64,000 nucleotides of DNA, from positions 1,302,001 to 1,366,000 of the forward strand of contig NW_027271660.1 of NCBI RefSeq assembly GCF_040938485.1, in the 5' to 3' direction. Under the pieces are notes generated by a model. That model made no database searches, was not told where the DNA came from, and was given only the letters and a program-made list of their open reading frames with translations. This DNA is from Diadema antillarum. Taxonomy: Eukaryota. Below, one piece after another: positions 1-12,700 of this stretch. The translations under genes and the position numbers were made by a program. Numbering within the stretch: position 1 is the first letter of the stretch; each line of letters opens with the position of its first letter.

Positions 1-174
1 AGCTCGCTACCTACTGTGCAATGTACAGTATGCTGGTAGGCCCTATGTATCTACACTGTATGTCATCTTCTGTATATTAATGTTCATCAATATTATTCAG
101 GGCTCCATGGAAGACCACTATTATTGGTGAATGGACTACCCTGACAGAAGATTAGAAATACTAGTAAACTGTGC

Positions 175-292
175 GAGGGGGAAAAAAATCCCTCCCACAC
201 CCTCGCTCGCGCGCACATTCGCGCGCCGAGATGCCAAAAGTCACGAAAATCTCACTCCATTATGTAAAAACTTTTTGGACTTGACATCCCTG
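175..292 (-). mobile_element. Partial hAT-like MITE, inverted copy of the 3997-4297 family
   Basis: The reverse complement begins CAGGGATGTCAAGT...GAGTGAGATTTTCGTGAC...GCATCTCGGCGCGCG and matches the left half of 3997-4090. Confidence 0.6.
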
Positions 293-642
293 CGACGGTT
301 TTGGTCTTCTACCCAGGGTTTTCTAGTCCCAGTGCAGCACTAGAACTTTACCCAGTGTCCACGCACCAAAGGACACTAAACCTTTTTGGAGGGAACCCAC
401 TGTTGTCAGGTGACCTGGGGAAACACCAAAGAGGTTCATAGAACCTCTTTGGGAAAAACCCAGGGCGTATCACAATACGGGTCTCACCCACTGAACTCTC
501 TGTTCAGTGGGCATCATCACCTCCCTGGAAAATCATATTGTTCAGGACCTCCCGCACGCACACACATGTCCAAATTACTTTAGCTTTTTTAGTAATCGCG
601 TGTCAATCGGGATGCTTCGAGTGAAGTACCAAGTTACGAGAA

Positions 643-768
643 ATGACCTCGAAAGACTTCTATTATTGTAGCTTATGTCGTCAAAGTGACATCAGAGGAC
701 GGAAACACGTGTATAGCAAGCAACACAAGAATCGTTTGACCTTTGTTCTTCAAAAATTTGGAGCTAAA
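643..768 (+). CDS. CENATAC: CENATAC exon 1 (42 codons, first zinc finger); missed by the ORF track
   Basis: ATG at 643 and donor AAA|GTAAGT at 769. [42 protein letters not shown] resembles human [30 protein letters not shown]. Phase 0 fits the acceptor TTTCAG|ATC at 24229. Confidence 0.88.
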
Positions 769-3700
769 GTAAGTGAACTGAGCTAGAATTTACGTTTTTA
801 TGTGATGTAGATCTAGATCTATTCATACGTAATCGCATGCCTACTACTAGTATGATACACTAGACCAACTATACTAGTATACAGATCACAGTGTAAACTC
901 ATATTGAATGCGCAAACTACACGCACGTCGCACGTGCACCACCATTACTCGCGACCCGAGACTCCTAGAGTAGATCCTCGCCTCGGCTAGCAGCTCTCTG
1001 CTAGCTCAACTCAATCATCATCAGCTAGCTACTGATTTTGACCGAAAGATCGGTCTGTATATCTGGTCCCTGGTCGTCGGGGAATGTTACGCGGAGACTG
1101 CGTCTGGCTTCACCGATCCCTACGGAGGAGAGCGATAACGTAAAAATATAAAAGACTCCTCCGGACAGACGCGAGACGGATCTTTCTGTCTAGCCGGGTG
1201 TTACTACACTAGACACTACCACGGTACCTAGCCAGATCTAGTTTACTGATCATGGGTTCTTACCCGGCCCAGTAAAGTAAGTAGGCCCTAAGCCGTGGCT
1301 ATGAAATGGCTGAGTTTCTCAAGTCGAAGAGCATGCACGCACGGGATCGGGAAGGGAGCTTTTTTGGAAGTGTCAGAATTCAGCTCTAAAGTAACTAACG
1401 TTTATACACGTTCATGTATAGATTATTATATAAAGGTAAAGCCCAAACACATGAAACAAAGTTCTGGTAAATTTACGCCTGCAAAAGTTGTCAAATTTCG
1501 CTCCCAAATGTGAACGTATGCCTATCCCTACGGTAGGAAATGTGCGGAATAACGCTGTAGATAACAAGATATTCGATGGGTAACGACGAAAATGCGAAAT
1601 ATATTAACTAAAAAGGTTCAGTCTCAGAACTTCCCTGAATGGGGTCAGGCTAAACTCGGACTCGGGAATAACTCGGCCTCGCTTTGACGGCGGGATGAGT
1701 TGTATTTGGTTGTCCCTCTGGATTGTACAGTGTTATACTATGGGAGCAACCTGTATAAACTACATTTGTAGCGCTTCGCGTTCTGGCTACTCGCAGTAAT
1801 GGTCCGAGTTGTTACAACACGCGCATCAAAAACTTCTTTTGCATGCATGCAAAACTAGTGTGCACCTATCAAGCACCTCTAAAAACAAAGACGCTTGATA
1901 AACAACAAAAACTTCAAAGACCGCGCGTCTCAGCAACTGAGGTGATGTGCGTATTGATAGGTTTGAGGACCGCGCGTGCTGTCCATTTGTTTTGTACAGG
2001 ATTAGCACGCACTTTCCTGTCTGTTCATTTAGGCCTCGTTTGGTATTATACAGTAGAACATGGCGATCACGAACTGCGTGTAAATTGTCTGAAATAGGGT
2101 CGAGATTTCCCTGAGACCGAGTTAGTCTAACGTTAGAGGCTTCTGTTCTGGAATAAAACTTAAAAGTCGGTTTTCCGACTTTTATTATTTTTCTCAAAAT
2201 ACCCCAAAATGACTCATCATTCCAGCAAACCGTGTCAGCCAGGTACAAATTTTGTAAGTTTCTTTGTAGACTCTTTCGATATATTGCAGGCAAATATGAA
2301 ATTGTGCCAGACGGGTTCTCAAGCCCTTACCAGAACTTTGTTTTCACTTTAATAGAATTCAGAGTAAATTTAGATGTTCTATAGAGGGGTTTAACAACAC
2401 ATGCGTGTGTCTTCACTATCCAGCCCCAAGTGTGTGTTTGTAATTCTCGCTATCGCCATCCGCCAGTGATGTAAAAAGTACCCGGATGTTGATTTAAACG
2501 TCATTTACAGTGCATTATGGGATACGAGTAGTCCGGTGGCAAGTCACTTCCGTTCATACACGCGTGATATGTGACTATATACAACCGAATGTATTCTACG
2601 TGTACTTACTGTTTTCTCGACTTGAATTTTAGCTTTAATATGATTTGAAATTTCTCCATTCTTAAGAAATTGTTGTTAAAATATGATTATGGGTTGTTAC
2701 TGCAAAGCTGCCATGTGTTGTTCACACGACAATACGACTATGGGTTGTTACTGCGAAGCTGCCGTGTGTTGTTTGCACGACAATAAATGAAAAAATTCTC
2801 CAGAAATAGGACCTTTGTGCCTTACTGGCATGCGAGACGTGACGTGGCTGCGTGGGTAAAGTTTGCGGGTGACTCAACAGCGCATCCGCAGCGCGCGTTC
2901 GCATGTGACTTACTTGATTGGAAGAAATTGCTTCAGAGTTGTACTAGACGGGATAAGTTCGAGATCACGGTTCGTTCCCGATTGTGTTCGCGGCACCTCG
3001 ACAGAGAACAAATAAAAACAATGGGCATTCCATGACGATATCATGCGGGGGCTATACATGTAGCTGCAGTGTGCGAGTATCACAGGCCTGGCCACTGGCG
3101 CTGGCTCAGGTACTGACTACAGCCGCCTACTGTACTAGTATCCCTGGTGGGTGCGGCGCTATAGATAAGGTACACACATGCGCACGCTAGCGCTGTGCAA
3201 AATATACCCCGCCCCAGACGTGCCCCAGTACCGGAAGTGCAATAAATCTTGACGAAAAAGCCACATCCGGGTACTTTTAAACGTCATTGGTGTTAGCGAG
3301 AATTAATTCGAGGGATCGACAATAGCTGTAAGATATTTGCCGATGGTGGCGACCTTTTTTTTTTTTTTAGCCTTTTGGTTGTGATGCCTACTTCCGGTAT
3401 CGGTGCAAGCGTACAGCTGTTTGTATTGTGTGCAGCGGTGATCACTATGTACTACATGTTGCATTTCCTGTTGTGAGAAAGCAATATCATTGTGCAAACA
3501 GGTCACGCTGTTTAAAAGTAAGTAAGATATTGGATTTCAAATTTGTTCATAAAAAGTGGTTTTGTAGTACCAATTTTGTGACGATGGGCTTCCGTTGTGA
3601 AGCAGCGATGTGTTGGTCTGAGGAAAGTCATCACTCGGAGCCATCCGCTGCGGTCACCCTACGCCGCTTGTGCAGGGATTCTTCACGATCACAGGGCTGT

Positions 3701-6700
3701 ATCACATCGTACATGGTCACGGCTTTCGATGCAAGACTGAGGAGCTCGTCTCTCCGTTTACCATTGCATGGTACGCCTCTGTCAGTCAAAAACTTACGAA
3801 GTTGGGGGACAGTCATCCTCTGCAAATCTCTGTTCTCAGAACCGTCCATAATGATGGATGAAACGACAAAACAAACTGATAGAAATCGATGAATTCTCCG
3901 TGTAGCAATTTTCAAGCAGAGTATACTCGTATATACCGGATGTACACAGCACAACCGGAAATTCGACCCGTGGTAGCCAGGACTCACGGCGACCAACATA
4001 GATGCCAAGTTCAAAAAAAAATTTATGAGTGAGATTTTCATGACTCAGCATCTCGGCGCGCGCGCATGTGCGTGAGCAAGGGAGCGAGGGAAGGGTGTGA
4101 ACTGGTGCCTACTTAAATGACCATTTTTTACCTATTTTGAAAGACAAAAGGGAAACATGCCTTCAATTACAATTCTCACTTTAATTCTTTAAGCTATGCT
4201 CCCAATGCGTGAGAAAAAGTGGTGTCATGCGTGAGATCGTGAGACAGACCCTAAAGGCTTGAGTCTCACTCACATTGCGTGACACTTGGTAGCTCTGGAC
4301 CAATCAAAAATAAGCATTTGATACAGCCCTCTAGCGGCTAAATACTTATATTTATTGTCGATCCAGCGAATTGGCCATGGCCAAAGGGATGTTCCTCCTA
4401 GTAAGTCCTCTCCACCACTAGAGGGCGAACTATACAATGGTGTCTGAGATTTCATTGGGCTGCCATTACCCACTTTGTAATTGCAGACTTTGCGTACCGA
4501 AGTACCATTTTTACAACACGTATTTGAACTTTTATGTGAGTATGCACTTCTGGATTTGGCTGCTCCTCGGTTGCTCGTTTGCTAGCGTGTTAGCATGAGG
4601 GGTGAGGCTACCACCGCCTTGTCGTCTTCCAGTGCCCCCTGGGCCCTGTGTGCTCACAAAACAATAGTAAAATTTTGATAGTACAGGACGTATGCATACT
4701 CCACACTCTACAATGGCGGATTCACAGGGGGGCGCACCGGGCGCGCACCCCCTCTTTGTTATTTGTTAAAACAAAAAGAAAAAGAAAAAGATGAAACCCA
4801 GAAGTAGTACCAGACATATTGTTTGCGCCCCCCTCCCCCCTTACAGAATTCATGGATCTGCCCTGCTCTAGTAGTTAAGTTACTGGGTGAAAGCTCTTTA
4901 GCCAGGGCCTGCCAAGTCGCTGGATACAGCATACACTGTACATGTACATGTATGCAGAGCCACATGCATGTAAACACGCAATGTTGTTTAGATGGTCTAA
5001 TACTATAGGACTAATCATGGCGCTAGTGCAGTTTTGCACCAACCGGGTGCCTGAATTCAATTTTTATGGCATAGAATTCAATCTTTAACTCAAAATGATG
5101 ATACATGAACCGGGTACCTGATTTCCAGTTTTGTGGCATATGTGTAAAATTCAATCTTCAACTCAAACTGTATGCGAACACTTTTCCACATCTCTCTCTC
5201 AGCTTGTCGTCTCTTTGGGTCCTCGAACAAAACATTGAATTTTGTATGGCTTCTTATCACCTCACAGTTTCTTCAGAATTTAGTGCTACACACATTTCAA
5301 AGACTTTCTGGGGGAAACAATAATACTGTAGGTGTGGCTTGTCTGGAATAATTTCTTCCAGTTTAAAGGACAAGTTCATCTTCATATAAGTGTGGATTAA
5401 GTGAATGCAGCAATATTATTAGAACACATTAGTGAAAGTTGGGTGAAAATCAGACAATCCGTTCAAAAGATATGAATTTTTAAATTTTCTATGCAGTCAC
5501 TGCTGGATGAGAAGACTACTACAGCGTATGATGTCACATGCATATGACAAGGAAAATATTAGAATTTCACAAAATTTAATTTTTTGAAAAAAGTGCACAT
5601 TTCCTCTACCTGTCACTGTTGTATGTTATTAAAGGGTAATATTGTTCCCCCTGCTGTCTGACAGAGGCAAGACAAGCATTCTTTTATCATGCGAGAAAAG
5701 TGAAAATATGTTGAATTTTCCTTATGTTTTCTCCATAGTGTTGTACACATGTGACATCACAAGCTGTGGTACGTAGTCTTCTCATCCAGCAGTGACTGAG
5801 CAGAAACTTGAAAAATTCATAACTTCTGAACGAGTTGTCCAATTTTTCCCCAAACTCTCACTGATATGTTCTACTTATATTGCTGCATTCACTCAATCCA
5901 CATGTCTATGAAGGTGGACTTGTCCTTTAATTGGAATGCCTACCCCATAATATGGTAAATACAATTGTAACACACATCAAAACTGTCTGTTCACAGTGGG
6001 CGGGGTCAGACGGGCAAAAGAGCCAGAAGTTTAAGATTGCAAAGTCTTTGTGATCTTTTGCTGCCCGGTCAAACTGGTAGCCAAACTTCTCGATCTTTGG
6101 ATCACAATGTTCTCTAAAAGTCATTAGTGCGCGTACATAATGTAGGCAAGGAGAAAGAAAGAGCACGCTTTCTGATTGCTAGTGATTGTGACGTAACAAT
6201 GAACACCTGTGCAACACAATGGTTGTGTAATTTCTGAAGCACTGCCAGAAAATAGGTGGTTGGCGGTTCATATGAAAAAGATCACAAAGTTTTAATTTCG
6301 AGCATTCACTCTGGCAAAAGATCACAAAGTTTGGTGGTGATGGGGGAAATGCAGGTATCCCTAGTTGGGATGGGAAGTTTGGTGATAATTTTCACAGAAA
6401 GTTTGTGGTCACAATGGCGAAACAAACTTCTTGATCTTTTGCTGTTCTGACCACCCCTTTCATAAGTCAATTAAGCAGAGTACCCAATTAAGTGGTGCAT
6501 ACAGCTGTACCCTATTACAAAATTGTATGTGGAGACTGCATACTTGTAGCTAAGGTAAGTAAAGCCTGGCATCTGGAGGGTTTGAATGACTGTGAGTGTG
6601 CTTGTGTGCTACTGTCTATAGCCTACAGTTCTGGTATATTTTTGCTGTGTATTTAGTTGTTATGAATTATGGGTATCAACTTTAATGTGTATATTCTCAG

Positions 6701-9700
6701 CTTCCAAAAAGTTGTCCCTGGGTCAATCCACGTCAAATCATCCAATTTTCAGAAAAGTTGTCACCCGACCCCCTCCGATTTTCTTTAAAATCGCACCAAA
6801 TGTTCTCCAAAGTGTCTGACGGAAAATCCCAAAATATTTTGCCCCAAGGTCAATTGGTTGCTAAGATACAGCCTCACATAGCAACCAATGCGCATTCCAA
6901 AATATGAGTCAAAAGAAAATTATGCATTTTTGATTGATTGTGGTAGCATGGATATCTATGCAAAAGTGTTCATTATCTGGAAATTGAGAGAACTTTATAG
7001 TCTTTGCAAGAAAAACTGACTGTGACGCGAAATTGACTTTTCGTTAACGTGCACGAGGTCACCGAAAATGGTGTTAAATGTTAATTTCCAAAATTTTAAT
7101 GCATATTTAGAGGCTAATATCTTCCACATTTCATCATCTTAGGTTCTGAAATATTATGCTGTTGAAGGCTTTGACTTGCTCAGTAATTTTGAAAAAAATC
7201 AGCGGATTCGTGCTCACAGTTTTTACGGAGAGCGCCCTCAAAGTTGACAAAAATGAAAAATGTGCCAAATTCAAGGTCACGGATCACCCTTTGTCCCACC
7301 TAGGAATGGCATCAAGTTTTGTGTATTGGTAGACATTTACCTATACTTTCTTGGGTTACCAAAGAAATTTTGCTACCGAAATGTTCAATGGTAAATTTAC
7401 CCCACTGAAAATGGTGGTAAACGGCCAAATTCCCATGAAATATCACAAATTGGGTTTAGAGGACATTTCAAATGTCCATGCTTTCAAGACGAAAAGCCCT
7501 AGCCCTGTGATATTTGCTGTAGGGGTAGTCTGTTATTTAAAACAAGTGCACAGCACACTTTTAGCTTCAGTGCTTGTCATTTGACTCAAATGGGCAAAAT
7601 TGCTATTTAAACATTTCCTTTAAAGTAGACTTTACAGGTGACACCTGTATTGTCTGCCTCCATGGAAAAGGTTAGTGTGTACCAGTACTTTATAGATCAT
7701 CACTCATTTTATGGCCATTCTAAGACTGTGGTTCTCAATTGCAAATTCAACAAATTTACAGTGTATCTTTTACAAGCACCAACTTTGTGAAGTATGCCCA
7801 CAAAATACCAAAGTATTTAAAGGGTCCATGTGTTTGTTGTGTGAAAGATTTTTAGATAGAGAATGCACAGCCATAATCTACTAAACTAGCCACACACACA
7901 CACACACACACACACAAAACTCTTTACATATTAGAAATTAAACTGTTTGATTTTTAAGTCAACATACATTGTAGACCCTGTACACATGTTTGACATTGAA
8001 ATTTGGACATTATTATACCTCTCCTTTCACATCCAGACTTACCGGTAGTTTTCTCTTCACAATGACAGGATCATGTCCTTTCTTAGTTTCAGTTTGCTGT
8101 GTGCTGGTCAGACTTTTAATTCACACTGTTCATACTTTTCATTGTACTGAACACTCTGCAGTTTCAAGGTATTGCCACAAGTTTGGATACATAGTGCATG
8201 TGTCAGCAGCATGCTTTTACAACTAGAAGATTTCAAGTACATTTGTCTTTCTCATACTGTAATGGTACTTAGCTGCCTTTACTAGTGATAGTAGAGTACT
8301 CAATGTAGTGATGCAAACTAAAATAAAGAAATTCAGTACTTTAAATTTGCTCAGTGCTCGCACTGGATTTCAGTGACTTACAAATGTAATGCTTACAAGT
8401 AGTAACTGCTGACCACACATCACACATGATGTATTTTCATCTCGTCTAAAATGGCACACACACACACACACAACTCTATTAAGTAAGTTATACAACGTGT
8501 AGTATACAATGTACAGCAAGTATTGTGCTTGGTGTATACAAATATGCAACAAGGCTGCCTTGTTGATTTGTTTTTTCACCAATGAGGATGAAACATATAT
8601 TTTCACAAGATTTTTGCAATTTGACACCAAAGTTATCATAAATGCACTCATGCCTGTCTGTTCATAATATCTTCACATGTTGTTGACTCTTTATGTGCCA
8701 CGTTTGCATGCGTCACTCAGTCAATGGCGTGTCAAGTTCGCATATTCTGCTCAAATGCACAAATCCTCCCAACTGATCGATAAATCGCCCAATGCTACAG
8801 CGCAATGAAAGTGTTTCTCGCAATTCTATTCCTGTCACATACATTGCATACCTTGCACTTTGCATTGTATGTAGTAATTGCCTCTGAAGGGTGGTCCCTA
8901 CAGGCTTTGCTAGTAAATTCTCAGTTCCTGTCAATGTTTTGTGTGCAAAAGTCATGCCTTTACATTTCCAATAATGTACAGTGTAGATTCTGGTCAGTTG
9001 AAGGAAAAAACAATAGATTCGTCTTACAATTTACCTTACAGCAGAGCATGGCATTTTCTCTACAACTTTACTCGTTGCATGTTCAAGAAGATGTATAGAA
9101 GTTACATACATGTAGATTTAAAAAACAATGTTCCCCAAAGCATGACTACATTACCATCACAGAGTAATGTGACATGCAGGGAATTCACACCATGGCTCAT
9201 ACATGTAAAGAGATAAATTTTGGGCTCAACAGTGGTTTGCAAAATTTACAAAAATACCAGTACCACCAGCTTTTACAGTACAATCAAGTGTGACAACCAT
9301 ATGTGTATGCCACATCATTCACATACATTTGTATCACCCACTGGTAAATAAAGAGACTCTGCTCACACTGTTATTATTATTATTACTGCCCATCTCTCTG
9401 GAATACCAGTTATAATTTCTCTGAAAATCTATCATCAAAATGTTCTACAGCACTCCATATAATGACAATTGTGTGCACAACAAGTGACAGATATCCTCTG
9501 CTCATAATTCAAATGTCATGTTCCTATTGTATTGATAGACAAGTGTTTCAGTAGGAGAAATTATGATGAGCATAACATGGTGTACAATGTACATTGGCAT
9601 TAGAAAAACATTGTCACTTAGCTGTGTACAATTGTATTAATCAAGATGAGAGCTCGGTGATCACTGCACACGTCTCTGATCTGATTCACAGCACATGATC

Positions 9701-12700
9701 TTTCCTTGCACAGCTGCCAATGAACCCCTGACAAGCCTGTCAAAGATTCCTGTCACCCAAGAGGCAGAGACTTTCAACTCACTGCACGGCCAAACTTCAG
9801 TGGTTGTCAGCTATCACGGCCAAGATGTCGCGGGAAGACAAACCCAAAATGCTACGACTCTTTGAGGAGACTTTGACCAAAGACCAGCTGAATGATCTCA
9901 TCCACAGCCGTAAAAAGCCTAGTAAGTGTACAGTGTAGGCTGCATTACACGCTCTACAATGGTCATTTGAACTTCTATCACGAGACCAGGAAACAGTTGG
10001 CAGATTTGTAAATGAAGGGTAGATTTACAGCTTTAAAGATAGTATAAAGTTTTGGTACCTCAAAAGTTTCCTTGAATTTCCTTGTCTTAGTTTGTGTTTC
10101 AGGTGAAAGTACCTTTCATATAACTAACACTGTGAGACTTTGTACTCGCCCCAAAGTGCTCTCATCAATAGTAATCATGCAATAATGGTTTCGTACAATA
10201 CGTGTATATTGATTGTCGCGGTACCTCGTCAAGTCAAACTGACGGCTCGTTCGAATTTTTCAGAGCCCGCTCTGCTCTGGTACGAAACCATTATTGCATG
10301 ATTACTAAGACATGAGAGCACTTTGGGGCGAGTAATTCTCACAGTGTTAGTTATATGAAAGGTACTTTAACCTGAAACACAAACTTAGACAAGGAAACTG
10401 AGGGAAACTTTTGAGGTACTAAAACTTTATATTATCTTTAAACTGAAGAGATTCTTGTATTTAAAAATATGACTCATTTGAATTAGGTGTTTCAAATATG
10501 CTGAAGTGATAGAAGATCCATCTCTTAGAATGTCACTATTGTGGTAAAGGCTTTTGTGTCATGGAATTTGTAAATATGGCAAAGTCTTGTTTTCATTTTA
10601 ATAAGGAAAAAGTGTAAGTTGATGATCTCATTTTACAGGGATTCATTAATTTAACCCATCAACAACAAGCTGATTTTGCCACACGGGCAGGCATATATGG
10701 GAAATGTGAGTTGTGACAACTCACATTTCCCATATAATACATGTGTACGCCTGCCCAAGCATACTCAGGACTAGTCTTCAACAGGTTTAAGTTGGCACTT
10801 TGCGACACATTTCATGACAAATCTTATGGCAGAGTGGCTTGAAATCTATGGCTCACAGTGACCTGAATATCAACAAAAATATTGAAATTACTGTTCATCC
10901 TTCAAGAACTATTTTTACTGCTCCACTTTTAAAGTGTTATGATTTTCCTTGTCAGTAATGTGTTTAAGTTGTCTTTGCTCCTGTATCTTCAATAGCAGTA
11001 TTACAATTCTAGATAGAACTCACACTGTATGCGGATCATCTGCTCTCTGACCTTGTTTTATTAAAGGGACTGTACAGTACTGGTTGCAGTGGGGATTCAT
11101 GTTTTGCACATTCCTTAGACCCCATTTACAGTGCGAGGCTCGGCCGTGGCTCGGCCGCAGCCGTGCCCAGCCTCGCTTCAGTGTAAACACGCAAAAGGCC
11201 AAATGCGAGGCCAAAATTGGCCTCGCTCTGGAGGTGGTCTTGGCCGCGGCCGAGCCCGGCCTTTTCTTGGTGTAAACGCAAACTGGGCCAAATGCGCGTC
11301 CAATTGCGCGGCCAATTTTAGTCTGGCTTCCAAACCCTCTGCCTGTATCTTTCACTATTCAGGATATTAACCCCCTCAACGTCGAAAACTAGTATAGTTT
11401 AAGGTGGTTTTGTCCTGCAAAGGATTCTTTCCTTCGGCAAAGGCCTTTGCCCGAACGGCGACTTCGTCGCCACGGAATTCATTTGGCAAAGGGTCTGAAA
11501 ACCAGACAATACCAAATTGCATTTGTTTACAAGCAGAGCGCCACTACGACAAACCTCTTACGAAATATGAAAGAGCATGTAATTTTAAGAAGGATTCAAC
11601 GTTTATTTGATGAAAATTGGTTTTCAAATGGCTGAGATATCCAAAAAAGTGATAATAATAAAAGGCGACAAGCCACGCCTTTTATTAGGATCTCTTTGTT
11701 TCACCCCGTTTTTGGATATCTCAGCCATTTCAAAACCAATTTTCATCAAATAAACTTTTGATACCCCTTAGAATTGCATGCTCTTTGACATCTCATAGAG
11801 TGGTTTCTGAATATCTCGCAAAACGTTAAAAGCTAAATCTTCACCTTGACCAGAACTGCACACACCCTTTAATCTCCCAACGTATTTTTTTTCCCCAACA
11901 CGTACATGTATGCTTACACATACTGTGTTTATTATTATATCAAAAGAGCGTAATCAGTTTTTGATTTACAGGTGTGTGTGTGTGTTTGTGTATGCATGTG
12001 CCTATGTTTGCTGGTTTGTAAATGTGCATGTTCTTATAAGATACGCCTTATATTTAGCAAGTCTAAATTTTTGTGAATCGGGGTTACAAAGTACAAATTA
12101 TTTTTCTACATGCTTTGGATCAAGAGTAGCTGTGTTTTACTATAGTGTCAATAACAGACTGTACAGTTCTGACTGAGGTGAGGATTTAGCTTTTATCGTT
12201 TTGCAAGATATTCAGAAATCACTCTATGGGATGTAGAGAGCATGAAATTTTAAGGGGTATCAAAAGTTTACTTGATGAAAATCAGGTTTATTTGATGAAA
12301 ATCAAGTTTATTTGATGAGAATCGGTTTTGAAATGGCTGAGATATATCCAAAAACAAGGTGAAACAAAGAGATCCTAGAGGCATGGCCTGTCAATGTCAC
12401 ATTTTATTATTATCACTTTTTTGGATATCTCAGCCATTTGAGAACCAATTTTTATGAAGTAAAGGTTGAATCCTTCTTAAAATTACATGCTCTTTCATAT
12501 TTCATAAGAGGTTTCTCATTATCTCACTTACCAATATTATAAACCTGAATCCCCACCTGAACCTTGTACTGTACACTAGCATCACAACTTCTCCACACCT
12601 CCAATGCAGCGTCCTTGTTTTCTTCATGTGTGCGTTCACTGGTTCCACATGCCGTGTAATTTGTCAGACCTGTGTCATTGTGTGAAGTCATAGTTTTGTA

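Noticed and set aside
300-560. Identification of the hairpin cluster as U3, U11/U12, U4atac/U6atac, SRP or RNase P/MRP RNA
   Set aside because: Their conserved boxes could not be found on either strand, only isolated short resemblances such as GTGATGA and GGAGGTCCTGA.
1826-2293. 155-aa minus and 84-aa plus ORFs in CENATAC intron 1
   Set aside because: No recognisable domain or splice support; they are probably chance ORFs in CpG-rich repeat-derived DNA.
175-4090. One 4-kb transposon enclosing the CENATAC promoter and exon 1 (inverted similarity 175-292 vs 3997-4090)
   Set aside because: The 3997-4297 copy has its own two ends and TSD, and both termini point inward, so these are two independent copies of a small MITE.
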